DNA of 53,544 nucleotides from Planctomycetota bacterium (GTDB lineage Bacteria; Planctomycetota; Planctomycetia; JALXBF01): NCBI GenBank assembly GCA_026991575.1, contig JALXBF010000114.1, positions 1 to 53,544 of the forward strand, read 5' to 3'. Shown piece by piece: positions 45,171 to 53,544 of this stretch (position 1 is its first letter; each line of letters starts with the position of its first letter). The notes under the pieces were generated by a model. It saw only the letters and a program-made list of their open reading frames with translations, ran no database searches and was not told where the DNA came from. The position numbers and the translations under genes were made by a program.

Positions 45171-46343
45171 ATGACCCTCTTCGGTGTTGAACAGTTGCTG
45201 GCCGAACCGAAGCGCTGGATCAGGCCAGGATGCCGTTATGGCTTGGTGTGCAACCAGGCCTCGGTGACCCACGAGCTTGAACACAGCCGGATCGTCCTGC
45301 GCAGACTCCTTGGTGATCGCCTGGTCCGCTTGTTCTCGCCGCAGCATGGCTTCTTTGCCGAGGAGCAGGACAATATGATCGAGTCGCCGCACAGGACCGA
45401 TCCGGTCACCGGGCTGCAGGTCTACAGCCTCTACAGCGAGACACGTCGCCCTACTGCCGAGATGCTCGAGGGGCTGGACGTCCTGCTGGTCGATCTCCAG
45501 GACGTCGGGACCCGGGTCTATACCTTCGTTTCAACGCTGATCGAATGCATGTTTGCTTGTGCCGACGCTGGCATCCAATTGTGTGTGCTTGACCGGCCGA
45601 ACCCGATCGGGCGAGCATGCGAAGGGCCGGTTCTGGCAGATGCCTACCGCTCCTTTGTCGGTTACCTACCGGTGCCGCTGCGGCATGGCATGACGATCGG
45701 CGAGCTGGCTTTGATGGCCAGGGACCATTTTCACTTGAACGTCTCCGTAGCGGTCGTTCCACTCGCCGGCTGGCATGGTCAGGACTGGTGGCAGGCACCG
45801 TGGCCGTGGGTCCTGCCTTCGCCGAACCTTCCCACGCCCGAAAGCTGCCTGTGCTATGCGGGAACCGTGTTGCTTGAGGGCACCTGCCTGTCGGAGGGCC
45901 GCGGGACGACGAAGCCGTTCGAGATCATCGGGGCACCGTTCGTGGATCCATACGCGTTGATCGACGCGGTCGGGGGGCCCAGACAGCCCGGTTGCACGCT
46001 GCGAGCTCACTACTTCGTGCCGACCTTCAACAAGTGGGCCGGCCGTCGCTGCGGCGGGCTGCAAATCCACGTTCTCCACCGCGACCGCTTTCGGCCGTTT
46101 GAGCTAACGGTGCGGCTGCTGGACGCCGTGCGAACGCTGTGGCCCGATGAGTTTGCTTGGGCCAGCCCCCCGTACGAATACGACTATGAGCGTCAGCCCA
46201 TCGATCTGATCGCCGGAACCGATCGCCTACGGCATGCACTTGAAGCGGGCACCACCGACGCACTGCTGAGCGAACTGACGACGGAGAATGACGCTTTTCG
46301 GGCACGGCGAGCCCACTATGAGCTCTACTCTCCGTCGTGTTAG
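45171..46343 (+). CDS. namZ: DUF1343 / exo-beta-N-acetylmuramidase NamZ family
   Basis: NQAS, FSPQHG, SLY, DLQDVGTRVYT, LDRPNP, RHGMTIGE, PSPNLP, SEGRGT. Confidence 0.88.
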   Translation: MTLFGVEQLLAEPKRWIRPGCRYGLVCNQASVTHELEHSRIVLRRLLGDRLVRLFSPQHGFFAEEQDNMIESPHRTDPVTGLQVYSLYSETRRPTAEMLEGLDVLLVDLQDVGTRVYTFVSTLIECMFACADAGIQLCVLDRPNPIGRACEGPVLADAYRSFVGYLPVPLRHGMTIGELALMARDHFHLNVSVAVVPLAGWHGQDWWQAPWPWVLPSPNLPTPESCLCYAGTVLLEGTCLSEGRGTTKPFEIIGAPFVDPYALIDAVGGPRQPGCTLRAHYFVPTFNKWAGRRCGGLQIHVLHRDRFRPFELTVRLLDAVRTLWPDEFAWASPPYEYDYERQPIDLIAGTDRLRHALEAGTTDALLSELTTENDAFRARRAHYELYSPSC

Positions 46344-46507
46344 CCAACGCCATGCCCGCATGCTGGGATGTAGCCTGCCGTAGGGCGTCGGCACGGTCAT
46401 CGCCGTCCGGCAGCGACGGGGACCAACGGCCGGCATGCCACCCGAAGCGACGGGCTGCTTTCCGGGCTACGTGCGACACGGCCCTGGCTGAAGGGGCCAG
46501 GCTGGAG

Positions 46508-47338
46508 CTACGGCTGACGCCGCGCGACAGGCAATTGGATGTTCTGACGCAGACGCCCCGTAACCGTCATGCGGCTATCGTCACCGGCGAACCCAGTAAC
46601 CTCGTCCCGGATCGCATAGTCCGTACCGATGATCCGTCCCGCTGATAGATCAAACGATACCGTCCCACTGAGCCGGAACTGAGCCACTAGCGACCGAGTG
46701 CGAGCGTCCACTGCATCGGCCAGCTCAGTCCGCACTGCGATCTGGGCCAGGTTACCCGTGACCGCCTTCAGCGTGCACTGCTGGCGAAACTTGACGGTGT
46801 TTCCAGACCCGGCCGACAAGGGCAGCGGCATAGAGAACTCGTGTATCCAGCTGTCACCCACTGTGACGGACCGATCAGGCAGACGCACGAAGAACAGTTG
46901 CACGTTAATCGCCGCTCCCTGGACGTCGGGCTGGAGCCGCTGCCAGTCGACAATCTCACCGGTGGGCGCGATGGTGAAGCGGGCAAGCGGCTTACCAACC
47001 AGTTTGGCCAGCGGGTGCTGGGTGTCCTTGGACGAATCGATCATGATCTCGTTGCCGCTGGGCAACTTCGCATGGATGCGAATGTCCTGGACACGTAGGA
47101 CAAGGGTGGCCGCAGTGCCGGTTGCCTGTTCGACGTGCAGTTGCCAGGTGCTACGCGACTCACTCGTGTACTGCTGCTGTTTGCCGCCGGCTGTCTGGTC
47201 AACCTTCAGTTCGTGTTCGATGCGGTAACGGTAGCTATCGCCCGGGGCGAACCGGTAGCGGAGCGTGACGGACTCCTGAGCAAGGGCTAGTGTAGGAAGA
47301 GCAAGAACAATGGCAAGAAGCAGTCGCAGTGGGCTCAC
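46508..47338 (-). CDS. Secreted beta-rich hypothetical protein (DUF6263-like)
   Basis: Signal peptide; LRYRFAPGD, LPDRSVTVGDSW, FDLSAGR pattern. Confidence 0.65.
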   Translation of the reverse strand: MSPLRLLLAIVLALPTLALAQESVTLRYRFAPGDSYRYRIEHELKVDQTAGGKQQQYTSESRSTWQLHVEQATGTAATLVLRVQDIRIHAKLPSGNEIMIDSSKDTQHPLAKLVGKPLARFTIAPTGEIVDWQRLQPDVQGAAINVQLFFVRLPDRSVTVGDSWIHEFSMPLPLSAGSGNTVKFRQQCTLKAVTGNLAQIAVRTELADAVDARTRSLVAQFRLSGTVSFDLSAGRIIGTDYAIRDEVTGFAGDDSRMTVTGRLRQNIQLPVARRQP

Positions 47339-47394
47339 GGTCGGCCTCCTTTCCTGTTCGGGCAGGGACCTCAGTGCATTGCAGATGCGTTCCG

Positions 47395-47814
47395 TCAGGA
47401 AACCGGTGCGTTCGCGTAACTGGCAACAGGGGGAAAGCGCCAGGCGTTGACGTCGACGACGGCCAGGATCGCGAACAATTCGTTCCGTGGCAGGTTGCGG
47501 TCTTGGGCTCGGATGAGAATGTCCAGATTCTCGGCGCCGGTCTGGAGCTGTTCGATCAGCCAGTCGACCAGCTCAGGTTGCACGGGGCGGAGCCGTTCGG
47601 CAACACCGAAGCACTCGTCGCCGAACTCCGTGTAGTACTTCATGCCTAAGACGTGTTCCACCATCCGTGCTCGCACGAAACCGCGCCAGTACTTCTGGAA
47701 CCATTCATCGATCGCGGCGGGACCGGCGTCGTAGCCAAGCTTTTCGCTGACGATCCACTTGTACCGGTCTGCCTCGGCGTACGCCGCGCCCATCAAGCTT
47801 TCAGGCATGGCCAT
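47395..47814 (-). CDS. Conserved-looking hypothetical protein with KW..SEK.G.D.G motif
   Basis: YKWIVSEKLGYDAG..AIDEW..KYW segment with protein-like composition; start at 47814 or 47808. Confidence 0.65.
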   Translation of the reverse strand: MAMPESLMGAAYAEADRYKWIVSEKLGYDAGPAAIDEWFQKYWRGFVRARMVEHVLGMKYYTEFGDECFGVAERLRPVQPELVDWLIEQLQTGAENLDILIRAQDRNLPRNELFAILAVVDVNAWRFPPVASYANAPVS

Positions 47815-48449
47815 GGGCCACCGGCTCCCATCTTCTGCATCGCAACCCTGCACCCGTTCACCTGGAGCTCCCGCAGATTACAACCATGCTAACCACAGGG
47901 GGACGATCTGGCAACACCAGTTCGCATCGATCCGCCCCAGCTCTACCGCATCCCAGCTAGCCCGGGGGAATTCCCGCCACGACTCCCCGCGACTCGCCCG
48001 GCAACCGGCGTGCAGCAGCGGCAACTGCCTTGCCACCGCGAAGGCTTCTCCCGGTGCCATTCTCCGGCAAGCTGGTTCGACCGGTGAGTCAGAAACGTCA
48101 CGCGGAGTGTCGACGGTGCGGTCGTTGGCGGGCAGAAAGCTGTGCTCGGGATGCTACTGGCCGCACCGCCAGAGCCGGAAAGCTCCTAAGCCAGCGCAGG
48201 CAGTCGGCCCACAGCTGACGCGCGGGCTTCATACCAGGCACCCGGAACGGTACCCGGACCGCGACCCAGCGGCGGTCCGGATCAGCTCCGCGCCCGCGAC
48301 GATCTTGAACACGTCACCTTGGCCGACCGGGACGGTCGACCGTACGGCGTTTGTCAGGCGGTTCGGCCCGATCAGGGCAATCCAGTCAGGGCAGTCGCGG
48401 TGGGGGGCTGCATACGATTAAGGGCTGGCAGACACGGAGGAGAAAGACC

Positions 48450-50168
48450 ATGGCGCTGACGCCCGACGCTCTCCAAAAGGAATTCCCGCCTCGGTTCGTC
48501 CGAGCCGACGACGATTTCGGCAACTGGGACCGGATCGAGCCCTACTACAGCTCACTGGCTCAACGACCCATCAACTCTGTAAAGCAGCTCGAGCAATGGC
48601 TCGAAGACTGGTCCGAACTGGAAGCTTACATCTCCGAAGAAGGTGCACGCCGGTACATTGAGATGACTTGCCACACGGATGACGAGACGAAGCGGAAGCG
48701 TTACCTGGAATTCGCCGAGAGAATCGAACCGGCCGCCAAAGAGGCTGCTCACCGGCTCAAGAGCCGCTACGTTACGCTCAGCCAGCGCGGTCAGCTGCCC
48801 CGGCCGCGGTACGAGGTCCTGGACCGGCTTGTACAGCGCGATGTCGAGCTGTTCCGTGAGGAGAACATTCCGCTGGAAGTACGCGAAGAGCAGCTCGGCA
48901 CCGAATACCGGCACATCTGCGGCAACATGACCGTCGTCTACCGTGGGAAGGAACACACGCTCCAACAGATGGCTCGATACCTGGAAGAGCCCGATCGGGC
49001 TGTGCGCGAGGAGGCCTGGCGGCTCGTCGCTGAGCGACGATTGCAAGAGCGGGAACGGTTCGACGAGCTGTTCGACCAGCTCCTTGACCTGCGGCACCAG
49101 ATCGCTCGGAACGCCGGCTTCGATAGTTACGTCCAGTTCCGTTTCAAGCAGCTTGGCCGCTTCGACTACACGCCCGAAGACTGCTTCCGGTTCCATCAGG
49201 CAGTCGAACACGCAGTCCTGCCGCTGTTGCGGAAGCTGCAGGAAGACCGCCGACGGCGGCTTGGCGTCGATCGGTTGCGTCCCTGGGACCTGGCCGTTGA
49301 TCCCGACGGCAAGCCCCCGCTACGGCCGTTTGAGACTGGGGCCGAGCTAGCGGAGAAGACGGTTCGAGTCTTTCGCCGATTGGATCCGGTGCTCGGTGAG
49401 ATCTTCGACGCCATCCGTCACCGTGGGCTGTTGGACCTGGAATCGCGTAAGGGCAAAGCGCCTGGGGGCTACCAACAAACGCTGAACGCCTCGCGGCTGC
49501 CGTTCATCTTCATGAATGCAGCCGGGCTCGACCGCGACGTCACCACGCTGCTTCATGAGGCCGGCCATGCGTTCCACACGGTTGCCTGTCGGGAGGATCC
49601 CATCCTGGCGTATCGGCATGCCCCAATGGAGTTTTGCGAAGTGGCGTCCATGAGTATGGAACTCCTGGCAGAGCCGATGCTGGATGAGTTCTATGGTCCG
49701 GAGGACCTGGCCCGTCGGACGCGCCGGCATCTGGAAGGCATCGTCAGCATTCTGGCATGGATCGCACAGATCGACGCGTTCCAGCACTGGCTGTACACCC
49801 ATCCGGGCCACTCGCACCAGCAGCGCGTTGCGGCCTGGTTAGAGCTGGATGAGCGGTTTGGTCCCGGCATTGACTGGACCGGTCTTGAGGATGTCCGCCG
49901 GCACTACTGGCAACGCCAGCTTCACTTGTTCGAGCATCCGTTCTACTACATCGAGTACGGTATCGCCCAGATCGGTGCGCTCGGCCTGTGGCGACAGGCC
50001 AAGGAGGATGCCTCCGCTGCGCTGGCTCGGTACAAGCAGGCGCTGGAGCTGGGAGGGTCGCGGCCGCTACCGGAACTGTTTGCCGCGGCCGGACTAGCGT
50101 TCGAGTTCACGGAGCATGCGCTGGCACCGCTGATGGAGCAGGTCGAAGCCGCGTTGCAGCCGGAGTGA
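48450..50168 (+). CDS. pepF: M3B oligoendopeptidase F
   Basis: GGAGG RBS; GKAPGGY, HEAGH zinc motif, EVASMSME, HLFEHPFYYIEY. Confidence 0.92.
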   Translation: MALTPDALQKEFPPRFVRADDDFGNWDRIEPYYSSLAQRPINSVKQLEQWLEDWSELEAYISEEGARRYIEMTCHTDDETKRKRYLEFAERIEPAAKEAAHRLKSRYVTLSQRGQLPRPRYEVLDRLVQRDVELFREENIPLEVREEQLGTEYRHICGNMTVVYRGKEHTLQQMARYLEEPDRAVREEAWRLVAERRLQERERFDELFDQLLDLRHQIARNAGFDSYVQFRFKQLGRFDYTPEDCFRFHQAVEHAVLPLLRKLQEDRRRRLGVDRLRPWDLAVDPDGKPPLRPFETGAELAEKTVRVFRRLDPVLGEIFDAIRHRGLLDLESRKGKAPGGYQQTLNASRLPFIFMNAAGLDRDVTTLLHEAGHAFHTVACREDPILAYRHAPMEFCEVASMSMELLAEPMLDEFYGPEDLARRTRRHLEGIVSILAWIAQIDAFQHWLYTHPGHSHQQRVAAWLELDERFGPGIDWTGLEDVRRHYWQRQLHLFEHPFYYIEYGIAQIGALGLWRQAKEDASAALARYKQALELGGSRPLPELFAAAGLAFEFTEHALAPLMEQVEAALQPE

Positions 50169-50501
50169 AACGATCCGCAACATCGAGCAGTAAGCGCCCC
50201 CTTGTTCCACAGGACGCTGGCTACCCGTCACCTCGCCTCGACCGGACAATGCCGCGCGATCAACGCCGGTGTACGCCCACTGGGTTCGATCGGACGAAAA
50301 CTACGTACACGCGGTCGCGTCGACCCGCCGGTGCGCATGAACGGGAACGGTCATAGACGCTAAGCCATGGCGTGACCACAACAGGGAATCACGCCCACTG
50401 TGGTCGCGCGATCGAGGGCGATCGTGCACAGGGGCGGCCGGGGGTCCTTTGTGCGTCTCCTATGATGATAATGCAGCGAGCAGACTGGTGCGGCCCCCGA
50501 G

Positions 50502-51548
50502 ATGGCAGATCCGCGGATCAAACAACAACTTGTCAAGCTGCTGGAAGCAGCCGGCATGATCGCCAACTCGGTCCGCGCCCGGGCCGTGGTGGTCCTGAGC
50601 CAGGGCGAGTTGGACTGGAAGGCCGTGCGCGAGCACTTCCCTTCGGACGTCCTCCTGCTAGTGGCCTGCCCGAGCACCAGGCTGCCCGGCAGACCGGATT
50701 CAGAGGACGGCTCATTCGAACGGTACCGTATCCGCTGGGTGCAGATGGAGGACGTCGACCTTCCCGTCGAAGAGCAGATCACATCAACGCTGCTAGAAGC
50801 CGTAGCCAATGAGTTCGTCCAGAGCGGTGACACTGTGGTGATCCTGTACGCCGCATTCAACCCCGATGACATCGATACGCTAAGCGTGGTGCGACTTAGC
50901 GAGCGGCTCCAGCGGTTCACGGCCCGCGACCTGGAACGACTTGAAACCAGTGTTCCTATTTCGACGATCGGCCTAGTCATCGACCTGGCGTTGGAGATCG
51001 CTCGCGAAGGTCGCGAAGGGAAGGCAGTGGGCACGATGTTCGTGGTGGGCGATGTGGACAACGTCCGCCAGTTCAGCAAACCGATGGGACTCGACCCGTT
51101 TGCGAAAGTGCCCAAGCGGGAACGGAACATCAAAGACCGGCGGGTGCGGGAGGACGTTAAGGAATTAGCCCAGCTGGACGGTGCATTCATCATCGACAAC
51201 GAGGGCCACGTCGTCGCGTCCCGTCAGTGGATCTCTGCGCCTGCGGAGCGGCTGACGCTCAGCAAGGGCCTCGGTTCACGCCACTGGGCTGCCGCTGCCA
51301 TCTCCAAAGCGACCAAAGCGCTGGCGATTACCGTCAGCCAGTCGACCGGCACGGTGCGCGTTTTCCAGGATGGTGAGGTGGTGCTGAGGTTGGAGCCGAC
51401 CAAACGGCGTGTGCTGAAGTGGCAGGAGTTCGAGTACGAGCCGCCGCTGGAGCGACTGCGACCCCACGAACAGCCACGCCCGTCGACCCGCGGCCGAGAC
51501 CGAACCGAGTCGGCGATTCGGTCCCGCACTTCAAGGCGCAGCGGTTGA
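50502..51548 (+). CDS. Diadenylate cyclase (DisA_N/DAC domain) with N-terminal pyruvate-kinase-C-like domain (DacZ type)
   Basis: EGREGKAVGTMFVVGD, LDGAF (DGA motif), GLGSRHWAA, VSQSTG. Confidence 0.85.
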   Translation: MADPRIKQQLVKLLEAAGMIANSVRARAVVVLSQGELDWKAVREHFPSDVLLLVACPSTRLPGRPDSEDGSFERYRIRWVQMEDVDLPVEEQITSTLLEAVANEFVQSGDTVVILYAAFNPDDIDTLSVVRLSERLQRFTARDLERLETSVPISTIGLVIDLALEIAREGREGKAVGTMFVVGDVDNVRQFSKPMGLDPFAKVPKRERNIKDRRVREDVKELAQLDGAFIIDNEGHVVASRQWISAPAERLTLSKGLGSRHWAAAAISKATKALAITVSQSTGTVRVFQDGEVVLRLEPTKRRVLKWQEFEYEPPLERLRPHEQPRPSTRGRDRTESAIRSRTSRRSG

Positions 51549-52260
51549 CCTGCTCGGGAATCCATTGGGCCTCTGGGGATAAGCCATAAACCATTCGCAG
51601 ACGCCGTAGCCGACGGCTCGCAAAAGTAACGCGCGACACGCCTGGGATAATGACTTGGAATCATGGGCGAGCGGAGGGTCTCTCTAGCCCGCACGGGCAA
51701 TGTTGGTCGCGCGGCGCCGGCGGCGCTGACCAGTGCTCTTCATCGTTCCTTTGCCTGTACCGTGTGCGGCTATGTCCTGACCGCGGCACGGTCCGGCTGC
51801 CCAAGATGTTCCAACGTGGAAATAAGCGCGCCGGGGAGGGGCCAGACCCGCTACCTGGCGTGGGCAGGGAAACCATGCCCGCGATGGCTCGGATGCCGAT
51901 GGCCGAGTGTGTACGCCGATGCGGTGAGGGGCTGCCCGGCCGTCGGGAACACGAAACAGAACGAGACAGCAACGGCGCGATGCGGGTGTTGTTCTGTCTG
52001 GCTTGTGTCAAGACCGTAGCCCCCGGCCGACGGCCCAAAGGGACTGCGCAACGTCGAGTGCGCAGGCACGCTACGTGGGCGCGCAGCCGGGCAGCGCGGT
52101 TCATTGCCCCTGTCTGCAGCTAGCGCGCTGGCCGGCGGTCGGACACTAGGCGCGTGCCCAGGGCCGGCAGTGCACCGTACTATAGCTTGATCGAACACAG
52201 CGGCAGGTTACTTCCTGAACCGCGCATGCTGCCTATCGTGAACCGCACACCAGCCGACTC

Positions 52261-53544
52261 GTGAGCGCACCGGTGCTGGCAGAACTGCGACCGCTTCGCC
52301 TTCTGCGAACAGGTCCACTGTTCGCCGCTGTTCTGGGTCTGCTGGCCACAGCAACTTTCCTGACCAAGGCGTTCCACATCGACGATGTGCTGTACCTGGA
52401 AGTGGCCCGTCAGATTCTGCGACGGCCCTGGGATCCTTACGGCGCAACGGTCCGCTGGGAGGAAGAACCGGAAAGCCTTTTCGATGCCGACTTCAATCCA
52501 CCGGGCTGGAGCTACGTGCTGGCTGCAGCGATTGCGGTGGCCGGCGAACGAGAGGTAGTGCTGCACCTGCTTGAGGGTACCTGTGTTGTGGCGGCAGCCA
52601 TCGGGCTCTGGCAGCTTGCCCGCCTCTATGGCGTGCGTCCGCTGCCGGTGACGGCCACCGTCATCCTCGGACCGGCATTTCTGCCCGGGTACAACGTGAT
52701 GCTCGAGGGCCCGCTGCTTGCCCTGCTGGTTTGGTGCACCTATGCGGTCGTCCTAGCCGTGCGGGAGGCGTCCTGGCGGTGGGTCCTAGTCGGTGCGGTT
52801 CTGGCTGGCGTGGCCGTGTTCGTGAAGTACACGGCTGCCGTGCCGCTGGGTGTCCTCTGGCTCTGGGCGCTCCTGCGTCGATGGCGTGCGAGCGTCTTCA
52901 TGCTGGGCCCGGTGCTTGTCCTCCTGGCCTGGTCCGCCTGGAGTTATGCCGTGTACGGCCGGGCGCACCCGTTGACGATCCTCGCGCGAGCTCAGACTTC
53001 GCAGCGCGTTCCCGAGGGCATCCGCCTCTGGGAGACGTGGGGGCGGGTCCACGGGACGCTCCGTGCCTATGGTGGCGTTACGTTCCTGGCGCTGCCGGCC
53101 CTGGTACTGTTTGCCCGCCGGAACCCGTCGGCGTTTCTGGTCGTGCTGTTGACGGCGACAGTCCTGTCGTGGGTTGCCACGCAGGATCTAGAGATCCGCA
53201 CCCGCAGTAAAGGCCAGGGCCTTCGTCGCGGAGCACCGCTGCTGTACAGTCCCTATACCTATGCTTATGGCTTCGCGTTCCTTGGGACAGCGGCGCTGGC
53301 GGGTGTTGCTGCCACGTACCGGCTGCGCTTCTCGAGCCCGTCCGATCGAACCGACGATGCACTCGAATGCGGCGGAACCGCTTCGGCCGGTGCGGTGCCG
53401 CTTCCCACCGGCGGCGGCCCCCAGCCACTACCTGATGGACCGTCTAGCGGCCGAGCCGACGCGCCGTCCGAAGCGGCAGGCGATCCGCCGACTCGACAGC
53501 CCGGCGATGGCGTCGGACCGTCCCGCGAAGCCGACGAGCTGACG
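52261..53544 (+). CDS. GT-C fold membrane glycosyltransferase (ArnT/PMT-like); 3' truncated by the window edge
   Basis: Absent from the ORF track because it has no stop. Read manually in frame 1 from GTG 52261 to the end: KAFHIDD, PWDPYG, NPPG, VMLEGP, VKY and many TM segments. Confidence 0.75.
   Translation, partial: MSAPVLAELRPLRLLRTGPLFAAVLGLLATATFLTKAFHIDDVLYLEVARQILRRPWDPYGATVRWEEEPESLFDADFNPPGWSYVLAAAIAVAGEREVVLHLLEGTCVVAAAIGLWQLARLYGVRPLPVTATVILGPAFLPGYNVMLEGPLLALLVWCTYAVVLAVREASWRWVLVGAVLAGVAVFVKYTAAVPLGVLWLWALLRRWRASVFMLGPVLVLLAWSAWSYAVYGRAHPLTILARAQTSQRVPEGIRLWETWGRVHGTLRAYGGVTFLALPALVLFARRNPSAFLVVLLTATVLSWVATQDLEIRTRSKGQGLRRGAPLLYSPYTYAYGFAFLGTAALAGVAATYRLRFSSPSDRTDDALECGGTASAGAVPLPTGGGPQPLPDGPSSGRADAPSEAAGDPPTRQPGDGVGPSREADELT

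Noticed and set aside
51580..51640. AAACCATTCG...GCAAA downstream of the diadenylate cyclase, reminiscent of a c-di-GMP-I riboswitch
   Set aside because: The GAAA tetraloop hairpin and the receptor helix cannot form; no ydaO-type c-di-AMP motif is present either.
51663..52019. ORF with CTVC...CPRC, a possible zinc ribbon
   Set aside because: No clear RBS, and the composition is like that of random GC-rich frames; cannot be supported without a homology search.
1..53544. CRISPR arrays, tRNA/rRNA genes, IS elements and prophage genes
   Set aside because: No regularly spaced direct repeats, cloverleafs, transposases or phage genes recognised by eye; short or degenerate elements could have been missed.

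Overview
GC-rich bacterial chromosomal segment, most likely Planctomycetota (inferred from gene content such as the DUF1570 peptidase and the double-domain NfeD). It holds about 40 CDSs; I recognised no rRNA, tRNA, CRISPR array or mobile element. Four loci stand out. (1) A sigma54-preceded five-gene operon (25.9-32.0 kb): napA, a tetraheme duplicated NapB-like cytochrome, a Rieske protein, a b6-type cytochrome b and an octaheme HAO-family cytochrome, with no napC/GH/D. It looks like a self-contained quinol-driven nitrate-to-ammonium module built around a Rieske/cytb complex. (2) A minimal type VII-like cassette (13.4-18.5 kb): two WXG100-like proteins with WRD motifs, a helical protein and an EccC-like FtsK ATPase, next to floA/nfeD membrane-microdomain genes. 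(3) An OxyR-like regulator divergent from an atypical di-heme peroxidase-family gene, with a 37-bp OxyR-type operator. (4) A gene-free 1 kb region (38.0-39.1 kb) with two tandem sigma70-like promoters, each followed by structured sequence. The rest is carbohydrate, envelope and housekeeping genes. All functional calls come from motif recognition by eye; no database searches were run.
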